Part shown: piece after piece, positions 10,358-22,060 of the stretch
Layout of the letters: every line of letters begins with the position of its first letter
Position numbering within the stretch: position 1 is the stretch's first letter
DNA from: Picochlorum sp. SENEW3
Lineage: Eukaryota
Direction: 5' to 3'
DNA: 64,000 bases
NCBI GenBank assembly: GCA_034226945.1
Contig: CP120461.1
Span: 496,001-560,000 of the forward strand
Program-made: the position numbers and the translations under genes
The notes under the pieces: model-generated
The model's database searches: none
Seen by the model: the letters and a program-made list of their open reading frames with translations, nothing else
What the model was told of the DNA's origin: nothing

Positions 10358-11452
10358 ATGGGACAGGTGCGTGTCGTCGCGGGTTTTTGACAATGTCATT
10401 CAGTTTGGGTTGAACCATAATTCTCATTTTCTTTGCAGTACTTGAGTGCTCCTGTGACGAAAAAGGAGACTCTTCATCAAGATCTTCCTCATCTACAAAT
10501 TGGCGTAAGCTCTCAGCAAGGATGGCGGAAAACCCAAGAAGACAGCCACGTCTGTGCTCAGTTGGAGGGTAATACAATGCTCTTTGGGGTTTTTGATGGC
10601 CACGGAGGTGGTGAAGTGGCCAAATTCTGTGCAGAACACATTCATGAAGAGATAAAAAGTATTCCGGAGTTTCAGAACAAGCAATATGGAGAGAGCTTGA
10701 TTGCAGTGTTTCATAGGATGGATGACATGCTGAGAACCCCAGAGGGTGTCGCAAGATTGAGACATTTCAGAGAGGGATCCGTAGAGGCAAAGGATGAAGA
10801 AAATTCATTTGATTTTATCCGGACACTCCTCGTGGCACAACAAGGTGCTAGGCAAGCAGACTATGAAGACTATGGAGGATGTCAGGAAGAGGTACAGGCA
10901 GGGTGTACTGCAGTAGTTGCCATATTAGACGGAAATACTCTATATGTTGCTAATGCAGGGGACTCTAGGGCAGTACTATCTAGACAAGGGAAAGCTGTGG
11001 CATTGTCATATGATCACAAGCCATCACATCCGACGGAGAGAGAGAGAATAATTTCTGCTGGGGGATTCCTGAGTGAAATTGGAGGCATGTGCAGAGTTAA
11101 TGGCAATTTGAATCTTTCTAGGGCGATAGGCGACTTGAAATATAAGAGTAATCAAGAACTGCACCCCTCAGCCCAAATAATTACAGCAGAGCCTGACATT
11201 GAAGAGACTACACTGCAAAAGGGTGATGAATTTCTGGTGCTCGCATGCGATGGGATTTGGGACGTCATGAATAACCAGGAAGTTATTGATTTCGTGAGAA
11301 AAGGGCTCCTTCAGGGTAAAACGTGTGAAAGTATCGCGAGCGATATTCTTGACAACTGTATTGCAACAGATCCCAAAGAGAATAGGGGTATTGGTTGTGA
11401 TAATATGACCTGCTGTATAGTTAATTTCAAAGATGAATTTTTCTTTTCTTAA
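10358..11452 (+). CDS. Protein phosphatase 2C (PPM1G/PTC2-like); 9-nt first coding exon, intron 10367-10438
   Basis: MGQ|YLSAP start; QGWRKTQEDSH, FGVFDGHGG, ANAGDSRAV, LACDGIWD and GCDNMT motifs. Confidence 0.93.
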
Positions 11453-11485
11453 TGTATCGGACGTCGGAATATTACATGAATTCGA

Positions 11486-12409
11486 TCAACCCAATCCAGG
11501 AATGTTTTGCCACCATTTTTTCTTCTGAAAGGCAGGATCATTCGTAAACTCCCCATACTTTTGTGTCATTTTTCTAGTCACACTACACAATACATATAAT
11601 GTCAGTATCATTCCATCCCTAATATGTATATATAGTAACCGAAAACTCACCTCTTGTACATTTTCTTGGATGCTGCATATGTGCTTGACTCTGAGCCATT
11701 CTCATTGCTGGTCTTTACAGAGTTCTTCAACCCCTCCAACTGTATCTGGGCCATGGCGCTTTGCGCTGCGAGTTGGTCTTCTTCATCTCCTTCTACCCCA
11801 CCCTTGTAAGGATGCTTGATCTTCACAACTGTTGTGATAATAACCAGAATAAACTCAATGATTGATAACACCAAAAATATATATCTTGCATACTGTAAAT
11901 CGTTCGTAAATTCCGCCTCCAGCTCTTCTCGAGTCTTCACTTCAAAAAGACTCCGTCTTCTCGGCTCTACATCCCCCAGAGCATCCTGCGCAGCATCCTT
12001 GTATGAATCCAGTGTGTAATCAACCAATGCATTCACTGGTTTATCCATATCAACAACCAAACTAATCGTGAGTGCCAATTCCCCGATAGCAACCAAAAAC
12101 GAACAAAGCAGCAATATTGCAAGACATGCACGCCCCATGAATGAAATAAGCAGTCCCAGTAATCCAACACACAGGGCCAATGTCCCCAAAATCACCATTC
12201 CACTGCACATTATAGTACACATCAATATTGGGATATGATCCATAGATGCCATCAGATTATATATACACACAAACGTACATTGTAAGAGCTGTCTTTGGTG
12301 GATTCTGCACAATGACTGCCCATATAATAAATCCCACCCCGAGAGCTGTCGACAGGCCAGCCATAGCCCGCAGACTATAGTTGAGTGTTTTTGACGACTT
12401 GTACCCCAT
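11486..12409 (-). CDS. Tetraspanin-like four-TM protein (TOM2A-like), 3 exons
   Basis: Four hydrophobic helices across exons starting MGYKSSK; last exon reads VTRKMTQKYGEFTNDPAFQKKKWWQNIPGLG*; GT-AG junctions near 12277/12202 and 11650/11584. Confidence 0.55.
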
Positions 12410-12940
12410 TACGCCATTCGACTGCAAAGATACGAACTTTATCAAACACTAGTACATAAAAATCCACGAAATCAATCAACATCGAGCCACAATGTCGTCA
12501 GCGTGACTGTTGCGGTGCAACAGAATCTGACTCGGTTTCGCCAGAACACTCAAGTCAGTGGATGAATTCTCACAAACATCGGAGCTTCTATACGTATGTG
12601 TAATTTTCATTCCAATTACCTTGGTTCAAGACTGTGATATAGCTGACTGTCCCTTCTTGTTGCCAGGAACGCGTAGGTTGTCCTCCTCGGAATACGACCA
12701 ATGAATCAGTATTCTATATACAGACTGCTGCTCTTTGGAGGAATCAGATATCAAAGTAGACGTGCAATTGCAAGAGGTATGGGCTGATGATTCCATGGGC
12801 ATCAGTATCAGTCGTTGGGGGATGCCTGGTTGACTCGAATAGTACCCATTGCCGATTATCACTTCCATTTGACCGTGATGCCCCGTGATATTAGAGGTCA
12901 TCTCCAGTACAGTCTCCATCCTCGGTGTATACAATTTTGT

Positions 12941-14119
12941 ATGTTTCTTAGGAGATTAAATGGTGCCATATCCTATAGGACGAGGAAGAATCTGCTCGTT
13001 GAGTCCCTCGTCATGGATGCAGAAAGGAACCTGTCTGGGGATGTGAGGTTCAGTGGGTTTCTGCATACAGCGGAGGATAAGCGACATCACGTTGAGGAGA
13101 AAGGATTGTTTTCTCGAGCTAGATTTCGTAATCCTTGGAAAGAATGGAAGGATCCTAGTTTGGGGGATGTGCTCAGGATGGTGACTGGTGGTTTGAAGAG
13201 TAGAAAGTCCTCATTTTCTCCCAAGTTGATTGGGAATGACCATCCGACGGAGCAGGATTTGAAGGAAGCGTTTCCTATAGAACAGATAGATCGCTCTCGG
13301 ATTGATCACCCCGAGGCAGGGAAAGTGCAGGCGACATGGATTGGCCATTCTACTGTGTTGGTTCAGATGGGTGATGTGTGCAATATTTTGACTGATCCAA
13401 TCTTTGAGCACACGTGTAGTCCTGTTCCAGCCCTTAGCCCTAAAAGAGTGGTTGAACCTGCAATTAGTATAGATAGCCTTCCCCGAATTGATGCAGTTGT
13501 CATTTCTCATGGTCATTACGATCACTTGTGTGAAAAGAGTGTTGTCAGGCTGCATAAAAAGTTCAATGACATTTCATTTTTTGTTCCTCTTGGGCACAAA
13601 AAGTGGTTTTTAAGGAGGAATATAAAGAATGTAGAAGAGCTGGATTGGTGGGAGAGTGCTGAGTTTTGCCGGGGTGCAATCAAGTTCACCTGCACTCCTG
13701 CCATGCATTGGACAATGCGTAGGGTTTGGGACAGAAATACAGCTTTATGGGGGAGCTGGCACATTGAGAATGTAGGTGATAATAAATCTTTCTGGTTTGC
13801 CGGAGATACAGGGTATTCTGAGGAGTTATTTAAAGAAATAGGTAGGCAATGCAATGGCATAGATTGCGCAGCTATTCCGATAGGGGCATATGATCCACGC
13901 TGGTTCATGCGGCCACAGCATATCAACCCTGAAGAAGCTGTTCTAGTACACAAACATATAATGGCGAAAAAATCTTTAGCGATTCATCATGCAACTTTTT
14001 CGCTGACAAGTGAGCCACTTGATGAGCCTCCTGTGAAGCTTGTAAAGGCTTTGCTTGATTCTGGGCTGGATCCTGATAGTTTTCAGGCAGTGCATCATGG
14101 TTCTACCATGATTTCATAA
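12941..14119 (+). CDS. NAPE-PLD-like metallo-beta-lactamase-fold hydrolase (start at 12941 or 13013)
   Basis: RFRNPW, TWIGHST, ILTDPIF, ISHGHYDH, FAGDTGY, IPIGAYDPRWFM..QH and IHHATF motifs. Confidence 0.9.
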   Translation: MFLRRLNGAISYRTRKNLLVESLVMDAERNLSGDVRFSGFLHTAEDKRHHVEEKGLFSRARFRNPWKEWKDPSLGDVLRMVTGGLKSRKSSFSPKLIGNDHPTEQDLKEAFPIEQIDRSRIDHPEAGKVQATWIGHSTVLVQMGDVCNILTDPIFEHTCSPVPALSPKRVVEPAISIDSLPRIDAVVISHGHYDHLCEKSVVRLHKKFNDISFFVPLGHKKWFLRRNIKNVEELDWWESAEFCRGAIKFTCTPAMHWTMRRVWDRNTALWGSWHIENVGDNKSFWFAGDTGYSEELFKEIGRQCNGIDCAAIPIGAYDPRWFMRPQHINPEEAVLVHKHIMAKKSLAIHHATFSLTSEPLDEPPVKLVKALLDSGLDPDSFQAVHHGSTMIS

Positions 14120-14457
14120 TCTGATAAAAATATCTCGTATGGAAGTTGTATTTGTAGTTAGATACTGCTAATTAGATTCCTGTGGCATCATCATCTGTGT
14201 CGTGATTGGTGGTGGTAAGATAGATCCATCCGCATCAAATGTTTTATTTATGATGATTGCAATACAGTTGTAATATGATTTATTGGCGGTACACGATAAT
14301 GAATACAATGCCTGCTCGTTTGCTTGTTTTGATAATACTAGTTGCCTGCATGTGTCAGTCACCTTGTAGAGCATCTGTCGTGATACATATCGTACAAGGG
14401 GATGACAAACAGCTCCACGTGGCTGCAGTCGTGTACACATAATAAGTTTGGTAGGAT

Positions 14458-16360
14458 TCACTTTGTGACCTGAAGGTTGCTAATCCGATCAACCAAGTCA
14501 TCGTCATTCCCTTGAGTCTGATAATCGTCATCATCATTCCAAAGAGGATCCTCGTCTGGGCCCCATTCTCCTTTCTCTTCGTCATCTGCACTGAGACGCG
14601 TGTTTAACTTTTGTTCACTGGTCATGCCTGCCCCTGATGTTAGATGTAAAGATGAAGAAGATGATGATGGAGTCACATTGGGGCGAGTGCGCTGTCCCTC
14701 AATGACAGTGTTCCTAAATGTCCTAACAGATGATGGCTGAAAAGATCCTTGGAATGCCGGTTCCTGCCCAGGTATCTCCATTATTGGCACCACTCTATCC
14801 TCGTTGGATTTTGGTAACGGTTCAGAACAGACAGGGGCTTGCAACTGTGCACCCAGCGACCTTGAAGGTGGGGTCATCATTGGCATGGGTAGAGACCCGC
14901 TAGAAGTGCCTGCAGCCCCTCCTGACACATACGAACCTCTATAATTGACTATTTTCTGTAAACTGTGCGAGGGAGTATACTGTGATACTTGACTAGATTG
15001 TGAGTCTGCCATGCCTTTGTAAATTGCCGATGCAGGATGCTGCTGTGCAGGTTTGGTCGCAGTAGAGACCTCCTCATGCGCAGGTCCCTGACTGGTGTCC
15101 TTCGCCTGATTGGCTTTGTTTTCAATCGATTTATTATCCTTGCTGCCTGCTTGTTTTCTCTGTGATTTTGGCCCTGCAATGAATGGATGAGAGAGAGCCT
15201 CCAGGGGAGTCAATCGCAACCGAGGATCAACATTCAAAAGAGAGAGTAAAAAGTCAACAAAACACTCTCGCTGATCAATTTGAGCCCTCTTCTCATCTTC
15301 AGTCATTCCTGCTTTGGAAGGATAGCCATGTATTATATCCCTGAGCAATGTATGTTTGAAATACTGCTTGCCCTTGGATACCTTTTTCATGTGTAAAGCT
15401 TGAAATTCTGCAGCAGTCAACAATCTAGGGTCCGTCTCTGACACAAAGTTAGCATACGTATAATACTTTGATGCATGCCGAGAGTACACCAGGATACTTC
15501 GAGGAACAGGCCCAATAGTCTCTGTTATCCTGCTCAAAAGATCATACTCGCTTGCAGCTGGAAAAAGTGGGAGTCCCAGGAACAACTCCGCAGCAACGCA
15601 ACCCAAGCTCCACATATCCACAGATTCAGTATATGCGTATCCCAGTACAACTTCTGGAGACCGGTAAAATCGAGACTGTATGTATGTGTAAATTGTTCTA
15701 TTCTTGAAACATGCTGAGCCAAAATCTATCAGCTTCACCTCGCCAGACTTTGCGTCTTTCAAGAGGATATTTTCAGGCTTGATATCACAATGAATTATGG
15801 AAGACCCCTTTAACACTGCCAGAGCCTCCAGAATATGAGTGATAAACACCCTGACAAGAGACAGGGAAAGGCCTCTAAACTTATTACGGCGGATCAACTC
15901 GTACAGATTCAGGTTCAAAAGCTCAAAAACCAGACATAGATGGCCATGATACATGAAAAAATCTTTCAGGCGGACAATGTGCCGCTCATCATGCGGATCT
16001 GCTTGAGTATTCAAAAGCTGCAAAATACCAATTTCAACCCGCGCCTGGTGATAGTACGCAGCCTGATTTTTTATCACCTTGATAGCAACTCTCTCTTCTG
16101 ATCCTGAGACACTACATTCAAATACTTGACCGAATGTTCCAGATCCTAAATTGCTCAGGGCGTGATACCTACATAGATGACTCATGTCAGGACGGGGAAC
16201 AACATACACGCCCCCTGTCAACACCAGCGCTCAGATCATACCTTATATCTACTGAAGAAACAATAAGGTCTCCTTCCGATACGATTAAATCGTCGTTCTT
16301 GTTGTCCAAAGAACCCTGGTATTTTGGGTCAGAGGGACTCGTCAGACACTTTCTATTCAT
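14458..16360 (-). CDS. YAK1: YAK1-type DYRK-family protein kinase; the true 5' end probably extends upstream to about 16520-16595
   Basis: LGSGTFGQV, IIHCDIKPEN, DFGSAC and TYIQSRFYRSPEV; upstream exon CLTSPS..DNKNDDLIV; intron about 16171-16241. Confidence 0.9.
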
Positions 16361-16665
16361 TGCTGGAAAATGGCTCTAAAACAAAATGAACTCTTAAAAA
16401 CTGATATCTCCAAGTATATCAGTCTCAAAGGCCCCCGACACCCTGCTCGTGCAGGCCTTCCACGTTCGAATCACTCGAGCTCTGGGAAACCCGATAGTTG
16501 TATCAAGGACAGCATTTGATTCTAAAAGATATCTCTATTCTGAAAGTAATAAGCATTAAAAAATTACATACGGTGGCAAATGCCATTTTGATCATGTTCT
16601 GGAACCAAGTCGGGTTTACATGTAGGACTTACTCAATTCAATTCAATTCATTCAATTCTTGTCGA

Positions 16666-18930
16666 CTATTTCAAGCGTTCAGCAATCTGTTCTAGTTCTG
16701 GTCCTCGTCGTTTCATGACGTATACGAGGTCATCAGCGACAACGTTGAGGGAAATTTTGGTTGATAGTCTGTGGCCTCCACCATCAGAGAGAACAAGTCT
16801 GCATGCACATAGGTTTGCTAGGTTTTGCATCACGGATGAAAAAGGAGCCTTGTATCCAGGGAATGTACTATTTATCCTTTCAAATATGGCGTGTAGGTTT
16901 GAGTCGCTTTGGCCGGAGTAGCAGGCTTCCAGGCTCATTGCCGCCATGAACAGGAGTTGATCCTTTGTGCACCCCTCCAGCATTTTTATGTTGGGGGTGT
17001 TGAAAGATTCTTTGATTGCTGCGTCGACATCTCGAATCTGCGAGACACAAATGAATATATGGAGCTGGCATAAAAGTGACTTGAATAGATTGACATACAA
17101 CATACCCCAACAGTGAGCCTGCTGCTCTTGCCTCTGGCATTTGAGAGGGCTATTTCAATTGATCGTCTGCATAGTTCTAAACACCTTCGGACATCACCGG
17201 AGCAATTTGCAACTTTTCTCGCGGCCAGGACAACGGCATTTTCGTCAAAAATTGGGCATTCTTGTAGTCTGGTTTTCATGATGACCACAAGATCATCCCT
17301 GGTGTATGGGTGAAAGACAACTTTTGATCCTGCTAAACGACTTCCAATCCTTTGATGCAGCCTTTCTGGAAGATCCATGGTATTTGCGATTCCTATGATG
17401 CTTAAATTTGAGGAAGATTTGTTTGGCCAATCGAAAAGGCTATACAAAGCTTTCTGGGATTTGTTCACAATTGAATCCATTTCATCGAGGAGGACAATTA
17501 CGTGGTGCTGATTGGCATGGGATTTTTTTGATCGGCCAGAAAAGAGTTCCTCTAAAGCAATGGCCGCAGACGCTGGTCCCAGAGTCTCTCCTGTAAGAGC
17601 CTCATACAACTGTGAATACACATGCATTGGTGAAGGCAACTGCAGACCATTGATTTCGACAAAGTGGAACTTATTGGAAGAGGACTGCCTTGACTCTTGT
17701 GAAATCTCTCGTACAACTTCCAGAACGCTTGCTGTTTTTCCTGTTCCTGGAATCCCACATATGTAGAGGCATTTACCAGCTTTGCTTTTCGATGAGCTAG
17801 TTGACAAGACTTTCCTGACGAAATCTTCAATATCTGCTCTCTCCTCCTCTCGACAAGGCATTGATTCAGGGACAGTAGCTAAAGATAATGCCCTACTTGC
17901 CTTGGTCACCTCGTTTTCTTTCATGAAACGACTCTCACTTTGGATATCATTTGTTCCAAGTTGGAGAAACTTGCCTGATCTTCCTCCCTGATGCTTTCTC
18001 TTCCTACCACGTTGATTCAATGTTGAAGGTCCAAATGCCAATTCTTTGCTAATTCTGAATGTCTCGTCTCGAGCCTCATCGTCACCGTCCGAGTCATCTA
18101 TCTGAGAATGATAGTTGTCCCATTCTGATAGTCTGTAGAATCTTTTCCATTGGTAATCATATTCATAGTCACAAATGAACATGTCCTCGTCAGCGTCACC
18201 ATCATTGCTGAATTCGGAAAGTGAGATGACCCTAGCTCGTCCAAAGACGGATTCAGCACTCACTTCATTTCTGTGAGATGAAAGAAATACTTCTCTGGCA
18301 GTGTGGTGGCTCTGTCGACCAATGTGTGTCTCTTCTGGCAGGCAGAACCATCTGCACTCAAAAAATGTCTCCTCCTTCTTTGGATCATACGATATCGACT
18401 CTATTCTCCCTAGTCCAAGACCTTTCTGTTGTAATACAAGCTCTCTCGCAGAATCCAACGGCCTCACCTTGTCCACGTTGCCAGATTGGCAATCCTGACA
18501 AATCCACAGACCCTGCATAAATTCAATCATTCATGATATCTGCATGACACCGCAGCGCATAAAAGAGGCATACCTCTGGGATTTCTGTTAGTGGAGGATC
18601 CGAGCAGTGCAAGTGATACCCATGCATACACTTTGTGCATTCGATGAGAACTGACTTTTTTGTGCCACGCTTTTGGCACGCCTTACAGAAATGCACAACG
18701 TTGCCTTCTGCTCCCAGCGCCCCTGGTAATAACACATCATCACTCAGAGCTATGTATACATCATCACCTATCTCAAATCGTTCATCCTCGATATCGAATT
18801 TCTTCCTGGTCCTTTTGTGACCTTGCTCGGGCGTTCCTGGTTTGGCCAGTGGTTCCTTTCGCTTGCCGGCCTTCTTCATGGTGTGTGACCGAGATTTCGA
18901 AGATACTTTTGATTTTCTAATTGTTGTCAT
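16666..18930 (-). CDS. ORC1: Origin recognition complex subunit 1 (PHD + BAH + AAA+), 3 exons
   Basis: PHD (CKAC..CTKC..YHLHC..WICQDC), BAH (RWFCLPEET..GRQ), Walker A GIPGTGKT, LDEMD, GIANTMDLPE and SGDVRRCL; introns 18513-18573 and about 17039-17105. Confidence 0.95.
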
Positions 18931-19147
18931 TACTTCGAAGCGATGAATTACAAGATGGGAGAAACCGGCGCGAGAAAATACTACCGCAATCTACACGGAC
19001 ATGAAACGTTCTTCCTTGCGGTCCTTTGTTCTAATTAATGTCCATATACCTGTATATGATATAAAAATATAGGTCGAGTTGGTGTGGTCATTCATATTTT
19101 GAATCTGATGGGATTGTGTAGAAATTCGGTGTTGTCAGACGAGATGG

Positions 19148-19175
19148 ATTTCAAATTTGAAATTCAGGCGCGAAT
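19148..19175. promoter_or_regulatory. Palindromic CHR-like pair (TTCAAA/TTTGAA) next to an E2F-like site, upstream of ORC1
   Basis: atttcaaatttgaaat (19148-19163) followed by gcgcgaat, which reads ATTCGCGC on the minus strand and fits the plant E2F consensus WTTSSCSS; about 220 nt upstream of the ORC1 ATG. Confidence 0.45.
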
Positions 19176-19272
19176 TCTGTGTGTCATTTCTACAGTGGTA
19201 CATTGGTGATTATATGGATGTATAATTGTTTAACAACAGTAAAATAGTTTTAGATTCATACCAAATATGATT

Positions 19273-21907
19273 TTATTCAATATCTGTGAGTCCCATTGAC
19301 CGAAGACGCTCAACTAATCGCGCATTCTTCTCCTCCGTTTGCCCAAGGCATGCCAAAAGGTCTTCCATTGCTGAATCTAGATCCTCATCTGCGGGTTTCT
19401 GTTTTGATTCTTCTAATTGCCGCTGTAAATTGTTTGAGTGCTCATCTAATGCTGAATATGCTTGCGAGAGGGCCTGAAGGTCGTCTTCAACGTGTTTTAA
19501 TTTCTCCTCCAAGGCTCTCTTACTTTCCCTTTCTTCTTCAATGCGCTGTTTGAGCTGCTCATTCTCTGCTCTCAAGTTTTGCATCTCTTCTTTAGAAGAA
19601 TCTACTAGCTCATCTGATGCTTTGCTGATGTCTTTGCTGCAGAGTGAGGAGGTAGAGTACTGTTGGAATACAAGGCATCGACATTGCATCCATACAGGGA
19701 AAAGGGACAGACACACACCTTATCTTGGGGTGAAATTCCGTGACGTGACCATTAATTGGTACTTCTGTAGTCTCTTTCGAGCTCTGCATGATTCAAAAAA
19801 TCATTTTTATTCATACGACGAAACATCAGATTGGAAACGGAAAGAGCCTAAACGTACTGGGTAGAATTTTGCCTTCACTTGTTCTGCTAAATTCTTCAGG
19901 AGACTTTTTGGGATTACTCCATTGAATAAAAACTCTTCATCTGATCCAGGTGTCTGGTCAAGAATGAAATTCAAATGCCCAAAGAATTTAGTCAGACCGA
20001 TTTTGTTCTCTATGGTGTCCTTGAGTACCTTTGAATCGACAGCTGAAGAAGCTGGTGCATTCAGAGCGATACCGATCAAAAAACTACAGATACCTTTTAA
20101 CATCCTCTCATTTTCACCAAACTTGGATTCGCTCAATAAAACTCCAACAAGGAAAGGTCTCTCAGAGATGCTCCGGAGGAACTCCTCGACTGCAACAGGT
20201 GAGGCCTGAGTTACAGCTGCCAGGAAGACACAGCAATTCAGGCAGATTTCGGGAGATTCTGTTGCTTTTCCATGCTCTAAGATTGCTTTAATGAGTACAT
20301 CTACACAGAATTTGATCAGAGGCATTTGACCTTTCCTGATACCCTCAATTTTGCCTCTGTTGTCTGCCTGGGCACAGAGAGGGGCCAGCGAAACAAAGAT
20401 TCGGCTTCTTCGCAGAATATCAAGCATAGATTTTGTCTCTCCAAATATCAAAACTGACAGATTCGAAGAAGTGAGTAGCTGCTGCAGACATTCATCCTGC
20501 ATTTTCTCATCCTTCCAGAGAGAATGGACACAAAACCTCATAGCCGACATCTGGTGCATGCAATCAGGAGTCGTTAGAGTTATGTAAAGAGATCCTAATT
20601 GTATAGGTACTGGATGACCTTGAATGCTGATTTTTGATCCTAATACATCTTGTCGAGCTACAGGCAAAAGTGAAATCTCAAGCAAGCAGTCCCAGGCAGT
20701 CGCAGAGAATGAAAAATCATGTATTTGACCTTGATACTGGACACTGTTTAGAAGCAGGTACAACAATCGTGAAGTTTGATCCCCGGCACTCTTTTGTAAA
20801 ATAGCTGACAGCTCATGTGGAAGCGTTCCAGAAGCAAGGAATGGAAAGAGAATGCTTATTTCGCTGGATAATATCCTAGAATCTTCCACAGACATTTGAG
20901 GTGGTAAATTGCCCAATTTCATCTCAAGGGATGAGATAACGTTCTTTAATTTATTTGATGAGCAAAATATAGCCTGCGAGTCCAGATTATCCTGAAGAAC
21001 ATATCGCAGCAATGTCAAACTATCCTCTATGACTGCATAGTTTATTTGAGGATCCTCCCTCCTGCATCAGATAAAAAGATGTTCACACCGGTCTCCTTTA
21101 TACATGTATACATATATCGATTCAAAAACGTACTGGTAGATTTCGAAAAGAAGGTCAAGGCATCCTTCCCTGACAGCAACATCCTGGGCCACCTTGGACT
21201 CAAAGACAATACATTGCAACAGCAGGATCGCATCATTGCGCAAGACCTCCTGCTCTTTGAAAAACTTGAGTGGAGCGGTTATAGAATTCGGACACCTCAA
21301 AGCAGCCTGCACAGAGAAGATTATTTAAAGTTGTGAAACTTTTGTGAGGCAAAGAGACGGAATATGCAGTGATACCTGCTGAGTGAATGCCCTATTGGTC
21401 TCAAAAATGCTCTTCAAAATCTGTAAGCCGAAATACTTCACATGGAATTGATCTTGGCCCGAATCTTGCGAATATTCGAGCGAATCAAAGAGCAAACCAA
21501 GAGCACCTGGAGTTCTTGCCAACTGTTCAGCGTTGACCCTGCTTTCTGCAAAATTCTGCAAAAACACCGCGTATTAATACCCATATATCACCCAAAAACT
21601 TGATTATCTGTTAACAAACCTTGGAATAGCTCGTATCGACGACTATTGCTAAACTTTCCAAGCAGTTACGGACAACCTGGCCGTTGTTCCAGTCGCTCCG
21701 TATTGTGCTGCATACGGTCTCCAGACCAAAGCTTGATATTGTAGACTTTGTATTTGGATTATCTAATAGCACATCCCTAAGATCAGAAGCAGCTTGACGT
21801 CTATCTTCGACTGAGAAACTGTCAGCCAATGTTTGCAACAGTTTCGTCGCAGCGTCAGTTGCTTCTCTATCGTGGGTTTGGCCCTGTCTAAAAATAGACT
21901 TTAACAT
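19273..21907 (-). CDS. USO1: USO1/p115 (golgin candidate 6)-like vesicle tether, multi-exon
   Basis: Head-domain motifs EDRRQAA, EVLRNDAILLL and VIEDSLTLL..VLQDNLDSQAIF; C-terminal coiled coil ending EDLLACLGQ..EEKNARL. Confidence 0.8.
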
Positions 21908-22060
21908 ATCAGAACAATATTCAATAATACATATGAGAAGAAGGGAAGCAGCACTTTTCTAAAAAGATGGATCCACTGGGAGAAAGATGTATGCAGACTC
22001 CAACCCATGCCATGATGGCCTGGAGTAGAGTATTGCATATCATTATTCCAGTGGCATCGA

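Noticed and set aside
12815..12940. ORF-track extension of NAPE-PLD
   Set aside because: TTG start with no homology signal; eukaryotic context favours a downstream ATG
16634..16658. Short (CAATT)n-like repeat after the ORC1 stop
   Set aside because: Only about four degenerate units; low-complexity UTR sequence
21311..21323. ACAGAGAAGATTA resembling the U6 snRNA core
   Set aside because: Flanks do not match U6; it is the antisense of a USO1 intron acceptor
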